Sequence record: PZ019086.1
Origin: a phage
Reading direction: 5' to 3' (one strand)
Length of the DNA: 64,000 nucleotides
The notes under the pieces: model-generated
What the model was told of the DNA's origin: nothing
What the model saw: the letters and a program-made list of their open reading frames with translations, nothing else
Databases searched by the model: none
Made by a program: the position numbers and the translations under genes
Shown: positions 33,856-42,788 of the stretch, one piece after another
Position numbering within the stretch: the first letter of the stretch is position 1
Layout: the number at the start of each line of letters is the position of its first letter

Positions 33856-34512
33856 ATGGCAGCACCTAGAATATCATTTTCGCCCTCTGATATTCTGTTG
33901 GGTGTTCTAGATCGCTTGTTCAAAGATAACGCTACCGGGAAGGTTCTTGCTTCCCGGGTAGCTGTCGTAATTCTTTTGTTTATAATGGCGATTGTTTGGT
34001 ATAGGGGAGATAGTTTCTTTGAGTACTATAAGCAATCAAAGTATGAAACATACAGTGAAATTATTGAAAAGGAAAGAAATGCACGCTTTGAATCTGTCGC
34101 CCTGGAACAACTCCAGATAGTTCACATATCATCTGAGGCAGACTTTAGTGCGGTGTATTCTTTCCGCCCTAAAAACTTAAACTATTTTGTTGATATTATA
34201 GCATATGAAGGAAAATTACCTTCAACAATAAGTGAAAAATCACTTGGAGGATATCCTGTTGATAAAACTATGGATGAATATACAGTTCATTTAAATGGAC
34301 GTCATTATTATTCCAACTCAAAATTTGCTTTTTTACCGACTAAAAAGCCTACTCCCGAAATAAATTACATGTACAGTTGTCCATATTTCAATTTGGATAA
34401 TATCTATGCTGGAACAATAACCATGTACTGGTATAGAAATGATCATATAAGTAATGACCGCCTTGAATCAATATGTTCTCAGGCGGCCAGAATATTAGGA
34501 AGGGCTAAATAA
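33856..34512 (+). CDS. t: holin
   Basis: 218 aa; matches T4 T holin (single N-terminal TM, large periplasmic domain). Confidence 0.9.
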   Translation: MAAPRISFSPSDILLGVLDRLFKDNATGKVLASRVAVVILLFIMAIVWYRGDSFFEYYKQSKYETYSEIIEKERNARFESVALEQLQIVHISSEADFSAVYSFRPKNLNYFVDIIAYEGKLPSTISEKSLGGYPVDKTMDEYTVHLNGRHYYSNSKFAFLPTKKPTPEINYMYSCPYFNLDNIYAGTITMYWYRNDHISNDRLESICSQAARILGRAK

Positions 34513-34785
34513 TTATTTGTTTGTATACATTTCTAGATATCGATATACACCCTCAAAACCCTCGTTGAATTCGTCGATGAGGGTTTTCTTATCTTCTTGA
34601 GTTAATTCAGAAACAATTTTACGGAATGAATTCTGATTTAACTTTCTACCTTCATGCGTTACTCCAATCTCATTCAGAAATGCAATAAAATTAGCACGAT
34701 TCTCAACAATATCTTCTCTGGAAAATTTAATCAAAATAGACGCAACAGTAATAATTTCACGAACTGTATCAATGTTTTTATTCAT
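34513..34785 (-). CDS. asiA: anti-sigma70 factor AsiA
   Basis: 90 aa; matches T4 AsiA (MNKNIDTVREIITVASILIKFSRED...). Confidence 0.9.
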   Translation of the reverse strand: MNKNIDTVREIITVASILIKFSREDIVENRANFIAFLNEIGVTHEGRKLNQNSFRKIVSELTQEDKKTLIDEFNEGFEGVYRYLEMYTNK

Positions 34786-34800
34786 TAACTATACCACTCA

Positions 34801-34950
34801 ATTAGTTGACTTTATTATAATATCATCAGACACTTGATTTGTAAACTGGTCTGTGTTATTTTCTTCAAAAATTTTTTCTACGAATTCTTTGAACGACTCA
34901 CGTTCCTGAGCTACATTATGCTCGATTACCTTTTCAAGATTATGACTCAT
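34801..34950 (-). CDS. small acidic ORF (about 49 aa), not in track
   Basis: ATG overlaps arn stop (ATGA); MSHNLEKVIEHNVAQERESFKEF...; contains the asiA promoter. Confidence 0.3.
34817..34846 (-). promoter_or_regulatory. early promoter for asiA
   Basis: GTTTAC -35 (plus gtaaac 34841-34846), 18-nt spacer, TATTAT -10. Confidence 0.5.
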
Positions 34951-35225
34951 TCGAAATAATCTTCAATTTCGTAATCATGGACATAAAACATTATAGTTTT
35001 TAATACATCATCAATACTTTTTCCTGGAGCTGGAATTACGTAAAAATATCCTGCTTTTGAGAGGTCTTTATAAGTTCCAACCAAGAAATCATTATTCTCG
35101 AGATGCAATTCTTCAACTAATTCATTAACAATTGAATGGTATAAATTTGGTAGAAACTTATATAGCTTTTCTAGAATATCAATTTTGATTGTGTATTGAA
35201 CCACAGACTGAGAATCAATAATCAT
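34947..35225 (-). CDS. arn: Arn anti-restriction protein
   Basis: 92 aa; matches T4 Arn (MIIDSQSVVQYT...). Confidence 0.85.
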   Translation of the reverse strand: MIIDSQSVVQYTIKIDILEKLYKFLPNLYHSIVNELVEELHLENNDFLVGTYKDLSKAGYFYVIPAPGKSIDDVLKTIMFYVHDYEIEDYFE

Positions 35226-35308
35226 AGACCTTCCCCTTATGTTTCTGTTTGCGATTAGATTCTTTAAACGCTTTCTTTTTATCTTTATGGACAGAAGCTT
35301 TATTAAAA

Positions 35309-35527
35309 TTATGTTTTGCGACTAAATTGTTCATAGTGCTGAATTACCTCTCTTAAACATTTGCATGTGAATGAAAACTTTTTAGCTACACCACATTCAA
35401 ATATATGTTCTCTTAAATCACGTGTATCAGTATATCCCATCTCAACGATAAAATGCCGTATTAGATTTTTATCTTTATCATTGAGAGAATTAAAATAATC
35501 GGATTTTGAATTAATTTCCCTGGCCAA
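35309..35527 (-). CDS. hypothetical early protein
   Basis: 72-codon ORF, Cys-containing. Confidence 0.4.
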   Translation of the reverse strand: MAREINSKSDYFNSLNDKDKNLIRHFIVEMGYTDTRDLREHIFECGVAKKFSFTCKCLREVIQHYEQFSRKT

Positions 35528-35807
35528 ATTGAATCACCTTCAGTTGACGTTTTAGTTCTTTTATCATTTCTTCGTTCATCGCAATATAAAGATCGCGTAA
35601 AGCAGGCTTTAGCATTCCATTTATTGGGGAACTAAATGGACATACATAATCTTTTCCTACGAGCTTTTTAGTGAATTCCATATCGCAGAACTTAAATCCC
35701 GGTTCATTGGCATAAATTCCCCAATTAGTTGACATCATTTTATTGGCATATTCCAGTGCCTGGATTTGATTCATAATTCCATCAATTTGAAACTTTTTAA
35801 TATTCAT
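35511..35807 (-). CDS. hypothetical early protein
   Basis: 98-codon ORF. Confidence 0.4.
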   Translation of the reverse strand: MNIKKFQIDGIMNQIQALEYANKMMSTNWGIYANEPGFKFCDMEFTKKLVGKDYVCPFSSPINGMLKPALRDLYIAMNEEMIKELKRQLKVIQFGQGN

Positions 35808-36268
35808 TAGTAAAGGTCCTCAGAGTAAAGTTCTTTTTCACTACCACCGCGTTCAATACGTACTTGTCCAGCATAAGTTGCAATAATCATTGCTTCTTCA
35901 CGTGTCCAATAATTACTATATTGGTCAATAAACCCTTGATCATCATCACAAACTTGCTGAGTAACTAATTGAGGTTTAACTACATCTAAAACTTCTGCCA
36001 TATCTTTAGAATAATGACGAGCACCTGGAATAACAAGAGTTCGTCCATCTTTTAATTTAAAACGGTTGGCTGCGCAAACAATTCGTCGTTGATACTTTTG
36101 GTTTTCGTCCCAATACGCAGTTTGCCAACAGATTTCAGGAACTTCTTTCAGAATATCTTCTTCTGTGCATTTATAACCATGCGCTTTAAATTTTTCAACA
36201 AGACTTTCTGGAGTTTCACGAGATAAAGGAACATTCAGCATTTTTAAACGATTAATAAATGGGTTCAT
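35807..36268 (-). CDS. hypothetical early protein
   Basis: 153-codon ORF. Confidence 0.45.
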   Translation of the reverse strand: MNPFINRLKMLNVPLSRETPESLVEKFKAHGYKCTEEDILKEVPEICWQTAYWDENQKYQRRIVCAANRFKLKDGRTLVIPGARHYSKDMAEVLDVVKPQLVTQQVCDDDQGFIDQYSNYWTREEAMIIATYAGQVRIERGGSEKELYSEDLY

Positions 36269-36594
36269 TTAAACCATCCTTTAATACGCTGCCACAAAGT
36301 TTTCTGTTGAGCTTTGTTAACACCAATTGAGCGAATAACTGGTTGAGATTCCTGGAATTCTTTATAATCAGCAAGGTAAATTTCGTAAGCTGAATCCGTA
36401 AAGGAACTTATCGCTGCCATGAAATTATTACGAATACCTACTGGAGCATCTTTACTTTCACGAATAATCATGTATTTGCCAGTCTTAATCTTTACGATGG
36501 TTCCAAGATAAGCTCCATGGTACCAGATATCCCACCCCTCTTGAGTGGGTTCTGCACAACGACGAAGTTCATTGATAATTTCTAACTTGTTCAT
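36265..36594 (-). CDS. hypothetical early protein
   Basis: 109-codon ORF. Confidence 0.45.
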   Translation of the reverse strand: MNKLEIINELRRCAEPTQEGWDIWYHGAYLGTIVKIKTGKYMIIRESKDAPVGIRNNFMAAISSFTDSAYEIYLADYKEFQESQPVIRSIGVNKAQQKTLWQRIKGWFK

Positions 36595-36604
36595 TATTTA
36601 TTCC

Positions 36605-37240
36605 TCACAGTTCAGATGCTACGGTGATTACTGCTTCAATGTTTTCTGCCGAGCGTTTAATGTCAAGATACACATTACCGTTTTTAGCGATTTTACATGA
36701 CATTCCGATATCAGTAAATTTCTGAATATGGTGTTCCATCATTTTGTATCCAAAAATTCGCATATTTCCGTTGTTGTTAATTTCAAAATTGCGAATTCCG
36801 TGAGTGCGTTTTTCTAAAATAGCAAGATAGTTACTGCGGTAAGTTTCAACCTTTTTAAGAACAAATCCATTTTCATCTAAAAGTTTTAACATGAAGTCTT
36901 TATCTTCTTCCATATCGGAAGTAATCTCACGAGCTTTACGAGTTGCTCGTTTTTTCAGCAGTTCCGGAGCATTTTCCTGTGCGTATAAAGTTGCTGCATT
37001 TGAAATAATATCCTGAGCTTCACCTGTAATGATTAATCCATCACCGGATTTCTCCACTAGGCCTTTTTTAATCAATACCCCAATATTACTATTAACTACT
37101 GCATTACCTAAATCTGGATGCACCTCACGAACTTCTGCAGCTGTAATGAAATCTTTCTTAGCAATGGTAATTAAAATCGCAGCAGTTTTTTCATTCAGAA
37201 CATCGTTAGAAGCTTTGATGATATAAGTTACTTTAGACAT
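36605..37240 (-). CDS. motA: MotA middle-transcription activator
   Basis: 211 aa; matches T4 MotA. Confidence 0.9.
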   Translation of the reverse strand: MSKVTYIIKASNDVLNEKTAAILITIAKKDFITAAEVREVHPDLGNAVVNSNIGVLIKKGLVEKSGDGLIITGEAQDIISNAATLYAQENAPELLKKRATRKAREITSDMEEDKDFMLKLLDENGFVLKKVETYRSNYLAILEKRTHGIRNFEINNNGNMRIFGYKMMEHHIQKFTDIGMSCKIAKNGNVYLDIKRSAENIEAVITVASEL

Positions 37241-37281
37241 TTTCTAATCTCCGTAATTCTGTATCAGTAGTTGATAGTTGT

Positions 37282-37311
37282 ATAGTACCACAGTATGCTT
37301 TGGTTGTAAAC
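37282..37311 (-). promoter_or_regulatory. early promoter for motA (repeated promoter module)
   Basis: GTTTAC -35 (plus gtaaac 37306-37311), 18-nt spacer, TACTAT -10. Confidence 0.5.
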
Positions 37312-37343
37312 CGTTTTGTGAAAAAAATTTTGAAATAAAAAAG

Positions 37344-37364
37344 GGAGAGCCGAGGCTCTCCCTA
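37344..37364 (-). terminator. GC-rich hairpin terminator
   Basis: GGGAGAGCC/GGCTCTCCC stem followed on the minus strand by a U-rich tract. Confidence 0.55.
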
Positions 37365-37368
37365 AAAT

Positions 37369-37518
37369 TTACTGCATGACTGTGATAACTGTCATGATAA
37401 CACGTTGAATGCCGAACGCAAGAAGACCTCCTGCTACGGCTGGAACAACACCTAAACCCGCCAGTAAAATGCTACCAGATACTAATGCTGCGCTTGTAAT
37501 ACCAATGAATGGACTCAT
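37369..37518 (-). CDS. small hydrophobic ORF (about 49 aa), not in track
   Basis: MSPFIGITSAALVSGSILLAGLGVVPAVAGG...; ATG overlaps gene 52 stop. Confidence 0.4.
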   Translation of the reverse strand: MSPFIGITSAALVSGSILLAGLGVVPAVAGGLLAFGIQRVIMTVITVMQ

Positions 37519-38843
37519 TTGATTTCCTCTAAATCTTTAGTGTATTCTGTAACTACATCAGTAGTTTTCCAATATTCGTTTTCTTCTTTCTTAGCTTTAG
37601 CTTCTTCAGCAAGTTTCTTTGCTTCGTCGGAAGTCATATGAAAAATATTCATTCCGACTAGTTTATCAACATAAGAAGAATACATCTCAATTTTAGAAAG
37701 TTCTTCGGTCAGTTCTTTACGAGTTTTACCCTGCACAACAATTTCACCTGAAATTACTTTCTTAATGAAATGTGCCTTGGCAAAGGCTAAACGAAATGCT
37801 GATTCAGTTTCTTTGATTTTATTATCAATTCGTTTTTGGACATAAGTTTTACGAACTTCAACAAAGTCTTTGATTAAATCAACTACGTTATCGTAAACTT
37901 GTAGCTTTCCTTTCTCATTAATAACGGTGATATTCTGGGAACGACGCTCAATCAATCCAAAGTCTTTCATAATTTTTGCATGGCGTTCTTCTTCGTTATC
38001 GCTCAAAGAATATTCTTTACGGAATTTAACTTTGAAGCCAAAACCATGCTCACCGCAAGCATCATCCCATGTAATGAAGCCTTTATCTTCAAGCGGGTCT
38101 AAGATTTTACTCACGTAAGTTTCACGATCATACTTATATGGAATCTCAGTGATATTCATTTGAGTTCGTGAAGTAAACTTGTACGTTCCACGAATTTCAT
38201 ATTGACTGTCAATTTCAACGACTTCACCACGAAATTCTGGGAATTCTACCTTCGGTTTAGTTACTTTCTTTCCTTGAAGAGCTTGTAGTACAGCTTTCTT
38301 GACAGAAGAAACACTATGAGGAAGAATGTAAGTTGCATAACCAGTTGCAATACCGGAAACACCATTAAGAAGAACAGTAGGAATAATAGGCAAATAAAAA
38401 GCAGGCGGAATGTGTTCTTTATCTTGATGTACCGGAGCATATTCAGTATCTTTATATACACTATAGAAATTTTTACTTACACGGGCAAAAATATAACGAC
38501 TTGCCGCTGCTTTTTGAACGGTACGAGAACCAAAGTTTCCTTGACCATCTAACAAAGGAAAGTTATTATTCCAAGTGTTAGCCATCAAAGCACCTGCGTC
38601 TTGTGCAGAGATTTCACCATGATGATATCCAAGGTCTGCTACACCACCTGCGATAGAAGCGAGTTTGTGAAACTTATCTTTATTTCCTCGTGCCAAATCA
38701 AGAGCTCGAGCAATAACAAATCGTTGAACTGGCTTAAATCCATCAATCATATTTGGGATAGCACGATTTTCAACCGTGTACATAGCATAAGCCAATGCTT
38801 CATTATCAATGATACTTTTTAAATCGCGATTATTCAGTTGCAT
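37515..38843 (-). CDS. 52: DNA topoisomerase II medium subunit
   Basis: 442 aa; GyrA-like sequence with active-site Tyr region. Confidence 0.9.
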   Translation of the reverse strand: MQLNNRDLKSIIDNEALAYAMYTVENRAIPNMIDGFKPVQRFVIARALDLARGNKDKFHKLASIAGGVADLGYHHGEISAQDAGALMANTWNNNFPLLDGQGNFGSRTVQKAAASRYIFARVSKNFYSVYKDTEYAPVHQDKEHIPPAFYLPIIPTVLLNGVSGIATGYATYILPHSVSSVKKAVLQALQGKKVTKPKVEFPEFRGEVVEIDSQYEIRGTYKFTSRTQMNITEIPYKYDRETYVSKILDPLEDKGFITWDDACGEHGFGFKVKFRKEYSLSDNEEERHAKIMKDFGLIERRSQNITVINEKGKLQVYDNVVDLIKDFVEVRKTYVQKRIDNKIKETESAFRLAFAKAHFIKKVISGEIVVQGKTRKELTEELSKIEMYSSYVDKLVGMNIFHMTSDEAKKLAEEAKAKKEENEYWKTTDVVTEYTKDLEEIK

Positions 38844-38847
38844 AAAT

Positions 38848-38988
38848 TTACCATACTAGTGAATGTAGTGCCATAATAACATCAGAAATGAAAAGCACGA
38901 CTTGAATTAATCCGAACATTACTCCATAATATAGTGCTACCAATAAAGTAGCAAGGGCTAATGAATAGCCCAAGATTTTCTTAATCAT
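38848..38988 (-). CDS. small membrane peptide (about 46 aa), not in track
   Basis: MIKKILGYSLALATLLVALYYGVMFG...; start overlaps ac stop. Confidence 0.4.
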   Translation of the reverse strand: MIKKILGYSLALATLLVALYYGVMFGLIQVVLFISDVIMALHSLVW

Positions 38989-39139
38989 TAGTAGATAACA
39001 ACACAAATGTTAAATATGCACACATACCCTGGGCTAAAGCTTGCGAAAACACACTGCTAGCATCGATACAGATAGTTAAAACACATGCTACTATCCAACA
39101 AATAAATGAAATAACTCCTAATAATTTTGCGATATTCAT
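38981..39139 (-). CDS. ac: Ac-like small membrane protein (acridine sensitivity)
   Basis: about 52 aa hydrophobic ORF MNIAKLLGVISFICWIVACVLTIC... at the T4 ac position. Confidence 0.6.
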   Translation of the reverse strand: MNIAKLLGVISFICWIVACVLTICIDASSVFSQALAQGMCAYLTFVLLSTND

Positions 39140-39146
39140 ATTTTCC

Positions 39147-39227
39147 TCACTGGCGTCCGAAGACGCCTTTAGTTTTAAGATTGTTACGATAGAACTGCAT
39201 CACATGTTCGTTATGGAAATTACTCAT
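39147..39227 (-). CDS. stp: Stp peptide (26 aa)
   Basis: translates to [26 protein letters not shown], matching T4 Stp as I recall it; start overlaps ndd stop by 1 nt. Confidence 0.7.
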
Positions 39228-39682
39228 TAATATGCCTGCAAAACAAATTTAAAGTTATCAGCCAACATACGGTTCATTTCTTCAAGTGTTTGATACTCAG
39301 AATGATGATTACGAGTAAACGCCAAAGCTAACTGACCTTTTCCAAATCCTGTCGTCAAAGGTTTCATCTTAGAAGCAGGAAGATAAAATACTGCGTATGG
39401 AACATTGTTATTTGCAATAGTACGCGCAAGCTGAGACCGACGCTGACGAATATGACTTAGAACTGCACTGAATCCTTGCTTAGAACGCTGATTACCTACA
39501 TAAAATCGTGCAGATACACACGGACTATCAAATGGACCACCAAATTTGCTCACTAAAAAGTAAAATCCAGGATTAGACAAAATGTCTTTATGCGGAGTTC
39601 CAAAAACCCATTCACCGCCCTTGATTGTACCAATAACAGTTGCGCCTGCATTATTCAAATCAGTAACAGTCATATATTTCAT
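39227..39682 (-). CDS. ndd: Ndd nucleoid disruption protein
   Basis: 151 aa; matches T4 Ndd ([25 protein letters not shown]...). Confidence 0.85.
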
Positions 39683-39741
39683 GTTAATTTCCTCTAATTA
39701 TTTTCTACTCCAAGGCCGCATGAATACACACGGCCGATAAA

Positions 39742-39957
39742 TTAATCGTCGCAGTCGACGCTCAATTCCCAGAACTCTTCTACAGTATAAGTTTCAGTAT
39801 CATTTTCAATACAGAAACGTTCATTACTGTTGTTTGCTAAAGTAGCATTAACTGTCATTTTCTCACTAGTGCTCTTAAGAGGTGAAATACGAATTAACTG
39901 ATCACCATTATCCAAGCAAAAAATTTCGCCAACTTTTACATCTTTAAAAATTTTCAT
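39742..39957 (-). CDS. hypothetical early protein
   Basis: 71-codon ORF. Confidence 0.4.
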   Translation of the reverse strand: MKIFKDVKVGEIFCLDNGDQLIRISPLKSTSEKMTVNATLANNSNERFCIENDTETYTVEEFWELSVDCDD

Positions 39958-40072
39958 AATTCACCTCAGGGAGTATAAAATCCAAATGCAGTTGTCGACC
40001 ATCCCATCCAATATGGAAAATTTGCACCAACGTAAAACATGAGAATATAAAACCAACCACTCAGCAAATTTA

Positions 40073-40291
40073 TCATTTTACACCATTCCAAATTGTTTCA
40101 ACCACAGATTTTAAGCCATTTTGGTGAATATCCATTCCGACAACTGCCATCAAATAGATTCCAACTACAACTGAACCTAAGGCGAAAATCAGCATGAAAA
40201 TGAATAAAGCTGGAAAAATATTATCGAAAAACCATTCCATAAATGTAAAAGCACTGCGTTTACGCTTCATATTTTCCTCACATAAATCCAA
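40073..40291 (-). CDS. small membrane protein
   Basis: 72-codon ORF with two hydrophobic segments. Confidence 0.35.
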   Translation of the reverse strand: MDLCEENMKRKRSAFTFMEWFFDNIFPALFIFMLIFALGSVVVGIYLMAVVGMDIHQNGLKSVVETIWNGVK

Positions 40292-40391
40292 AGTAAGCGT
40301 TTAATACATCAATCATTAAAACGATTGGGAATATACTCAAAACTACTAGTATTATAACTACATTCCATATAGCTTTAACAATCTTTTTCAT
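40278..40391 (-). CDS. small membrane peptide (about 37 aa)
   Basis: track ORF trimmed to MKKIVKAIWNVVIILVVLSIFPIVLMIDVLNAYFGFM because the extension crosses a promoter. Confidence 0.35.
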   Translation of the reverse strand: MKKIVKAIWNVVIILVVLSIFPIVLMIDVLNAYFGFM

Positions 40392-40419
40392 TTTCTGTTC
40401 CTCCGTAGTTGATAGGGTA

Positions 40420-40449
40420 ATAATACCACAGAGGAACAGTCTTGTAAAC
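40420..40449 (-). promoter_or_regulatory. early promoter embedded in a 9-bp inverted repeat that also covers the downstream ribosome-binding site
   Basis: GTTTAC -35 (plus gtaaac 40444-40449), TATTAT -10; inverted repeat arms at plus 40395-40403 and 40431-40439. Confidence 0.5.
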
Positions 40450-40634
40450 AACTTTTTTAAAAATATTCGTAATAAATGTGAATACCAACTACTACTGCTG
40501 AAACTTGCACAACCCACCATGCACAAGCAATAAGTATAGAATTCAAAATTTTCATAATAACCTCATCACAAAAGTAAATGTTAAACAAATTAATGGAATA
40601 CTAATTAACCAAATAAAACACCACCACAATGAAC

Positions 40635-40898
40635 TCATAGTTCAATCTCAATGATTTCAAGATTATTTTCTTTAATAGCTTTCTTTAAATCATCGTAAAT
40701 AAGAACTTCCCAAGAATTGTTTAAATCGCCATTCAACAAACGCTCTTGTTGCAATTTATCAGTAAGATATGGTTGGTCTGATTCATATTTAGACAATCCC
40801 AATGAAATAAATGATGTTGCATCGTCAATTTCAGAATATTGTACATGAACAAATTCACCTGTGATTTTATGTTTAACATAAAAGAATTTAAATTTCAT
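40635..40898 (-). CDS. hypothetical early protein
   Basis: 87-codon ORF with promoter upstream. Confidence 0.4.
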   Translation of the reverse strand: MKFKFFYVKHKITGEFVHVQYSEIDDATSFISLGLSKYESDQPYLTDKLQQERLLNGDLNNSWEVLIYDDLKKAIKENNLEIIEIEL

Positions 40899-40917
40899 TT
40901 TTGTTCCTCTGTAGTTG

Positions 40918-40947
40918 ATAGTTGTATAGTACCACAGTCCTTGTGGT
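40918..40947 (-). promoter_or_regulatory. early promoter (repeated promoter module) with spacer hairpin
   Basis: GTTTAC -35 (plus gtaaac 40942-40947), spacer hairpin CCACA-gtcct-TGTGG, TACTAT -10. Confidence 0.5.
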
Positions 40948-40971
40948 ATGTAAACCGTTTTATGAAAATTT

Positions 40972-41529
40972 TTAAATGGAAAGATACCATCCGTTGTAGT
41001 TGCTTTTTCTTACAACTTTACGAAGGTCTTCTCTATCACCGATGAACTTCGGAGTGTACTGGATGACACCTGGATGAATTTCTTTAGTGTTGAATATAAT
41101 TATACAGTCAGCGACCTGATGATTCAGAATGGGCCCTAGATTTATTCCAGAACCGTATGGATACTCTCCGCTGCATCCGGTTGTTACCGAAATCCAGCGT
41201 GAGTCAGTTTGGTGTGTTTTGACTTCTACACGAAGCCCGCAATATCTTGGATGCGCCAATACATCCCATGCGTATGTATACGGGTCATTAACATCCTCTT
41301 GGCCTTTGTTAACATACCCGCTCAGCCAATCTGCTACAAAAAACTCTGCATACACAGCGATACGGCATCTTTCGATGACTTCTGCTTTATCCTGATTAGG
41401 ATTTTGTTTTAAAGAGTATCTTGCTGTATCAGCAATTTTGACCTTCATTTCACTAGTCAAATCATTGTTCGATAGGGTAAATGTTGGAATCTGAAATAGT
41501 CTCTGTAAACCCGGATTCGTTTTCTGCAT
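40972..41529 (-). CDS. denB: endonuclease IV
   Basis: 185 aa; matches T4 DenB. Confidence 0.85.
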   Translation of the reverse strand: MQKTNPGLQRLFQIPTFTLSNNDLTSEMKVKIADTARYSLKQNPNQDKAEVIERCRIAVYAEFFVADWLSGYVNKGQEDVNDPYTYAWDVLAHPRYCGLRVEVKTHQTDSRWISVTTGCSGEYPYGSGINLGPILNHQVADCIIIFNTKEIHPGVIQYTPKFIGDREDLRKVVRKSNYNGWYLSI

Positions 41530-41595
41530 TAAACTTTCCTTTTACGACGGAATCACTGATATTCATACAATAAATCATAGTTTCCCTTAAAACAA

Positions 41596-41611
41596 AAGGG
41601 CCGAAGCCCTT
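41596..41611 (-). other. intercistronic UUCG-tetraloop hairpin upstream of denB
   Basis: plus AAGGGC-CGAA-GCCCTT. Confidence 0.5.
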
Positions 41612-41615
41612 TATT

Positions 41616-41810
41616 TTATTTGAATTGTGCAATTCTTTTCTCTAAACAATCTGCGTAAGATTTCATTGAAATAAACTGCGAAAGTAACAGTTCTTGCTCA
41701 ACTGCATTAACCGTTGAAAACTTTTCACTTTCTAAAAATTTGCTCAGTGCATTAATTTTGAGCATTAATTGATCGTATTCTTCTTTTACTCGTGCTTGAT
41801 AACCTAACAT
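41616..41810 (-). CDS. hypothetical early protein
   Basis: 64-codon ORF flanked by tetraloop hairpins. Confidence 0.4.
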   Translation of the reverse strand: MLGYQARVKEEYDQLMLKINALSKFLESEKFSTVNAVEQELLLSQFISMKSYADCLEKRIAQFK

Positions 41811-41823
41811 AATTTTCCTCAGT

Positions 41824-41841
41824 TAAGGGCCGAAGCCCTTA
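41824..41841 (-). other. UUCG-tetraloop hairpin overlapping rIIB stop codon
   Basis: plus TAAGGGC-CGAA-GCCCTTA. Confidence 0.5.
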
Positions 41842-42777
41842 TTTAAATTGTTCAGTAACGTCTTCAACTACTTCGTATTGGCAGGTACGCATTTTAGCAT
41901 CGTTGTAATCAATCGGAATTGATACTACATCACGCGGATGCACTTTAACTTTTACAACTCGGCTGGTTGAACTGCCAAAGTGACGAATATAAGATTTAGA
42001 ACACACATGCAGACCACGAGAACAAGTTTGTGTATCATCGTCATTCACACGAGTACGTGGCATTTTAACTACTTTACCAGGACTGTTATCAAAGGTATTT
42101 GAATGACAGTCAAAGTAATTACTGCGAACTACTTTCCAAGCATAGAAGTAACCGTCTTCAGTAATTTCAATATCGTTTGCTACCAAGAAATCAAAGAGTC
42201 GAGATACCGCTTTTTGGCTCGGGTTTTCCAACAGATTTTCCAAGAACGGAAAATAAAATTCAAAGTTTTCACCTTTTTCCATCGAATCGAGAATACGATC
42301 AACTAAACCAGACCGCAATTCAATATTTTGATAGAACAAGCTTCCACCTTCAATTCGAACATCACCGGAAATATATTTTTCAACAGCGCGACGAACGTTA
42401 ATTTTTTGTGCCGCTTCTTCCAATTTATCTGCAACAAGCAGGTTAAGAATTTCCTGGAAGTTTGAATGAGTATTAGGAGTTGCGTTATAAGTTACGCCGT
42501 CAACAGTAATTGAAATGAATTTTTTAGATGCATTCCAAATAATGTCAGATTTAGCAACTGGAGCGATAGCTGTATCGCTATTAACTTTAACTGTAATGTC
42601 ACCGCTAATGGTAACTTTGGAGCGCTCAGCTTCTTCAGCATTTTTCAAAACACGACGGATTGTGTCCACCGATACACCTTGCCAATCAGCCAATTCCTGT
42701 TGGGTGTAATTACCACTTGAATACAGTTTGACAATTTCAGCTTGTTCGTTTTTGGTCAGGCATTTAATATTGTACAT
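41839..42777 (-). CDS. rIIB: rIIB
   Basis: 312 aa; matches T4 rIIB. Confidence 0.9.
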   Translation of the reverse strand: MYNIKCLTKNEQAEIVKLYSSGNYTQQELADWQGVSVDTIRRVLKNAEEAERSKVTISGDITVKVNSDTAIAPVAKSDIIWNASKKFISITVDGVTYNATPNTHSNFQEILNLLVADKLEEAAQKINVRRAVEKYISGDVRIEGGSLFYQNIELRSGLVDRILDSMEKGENFEFYFPFLENLLENPSQKAVSRLFDFLVANDIEITEDGYFYAWKVVRSNYFDCHSNTFDNSPGKVVKMPRTRVNDDDTQTCSRGLHVCSKSYIRHFGSSTSRVVKVKVHPRDVVSIPIDYNDAKMRTCQYEVVEDVTEQFK

Positions 42778-42788
42778 AATTTTCCTTA

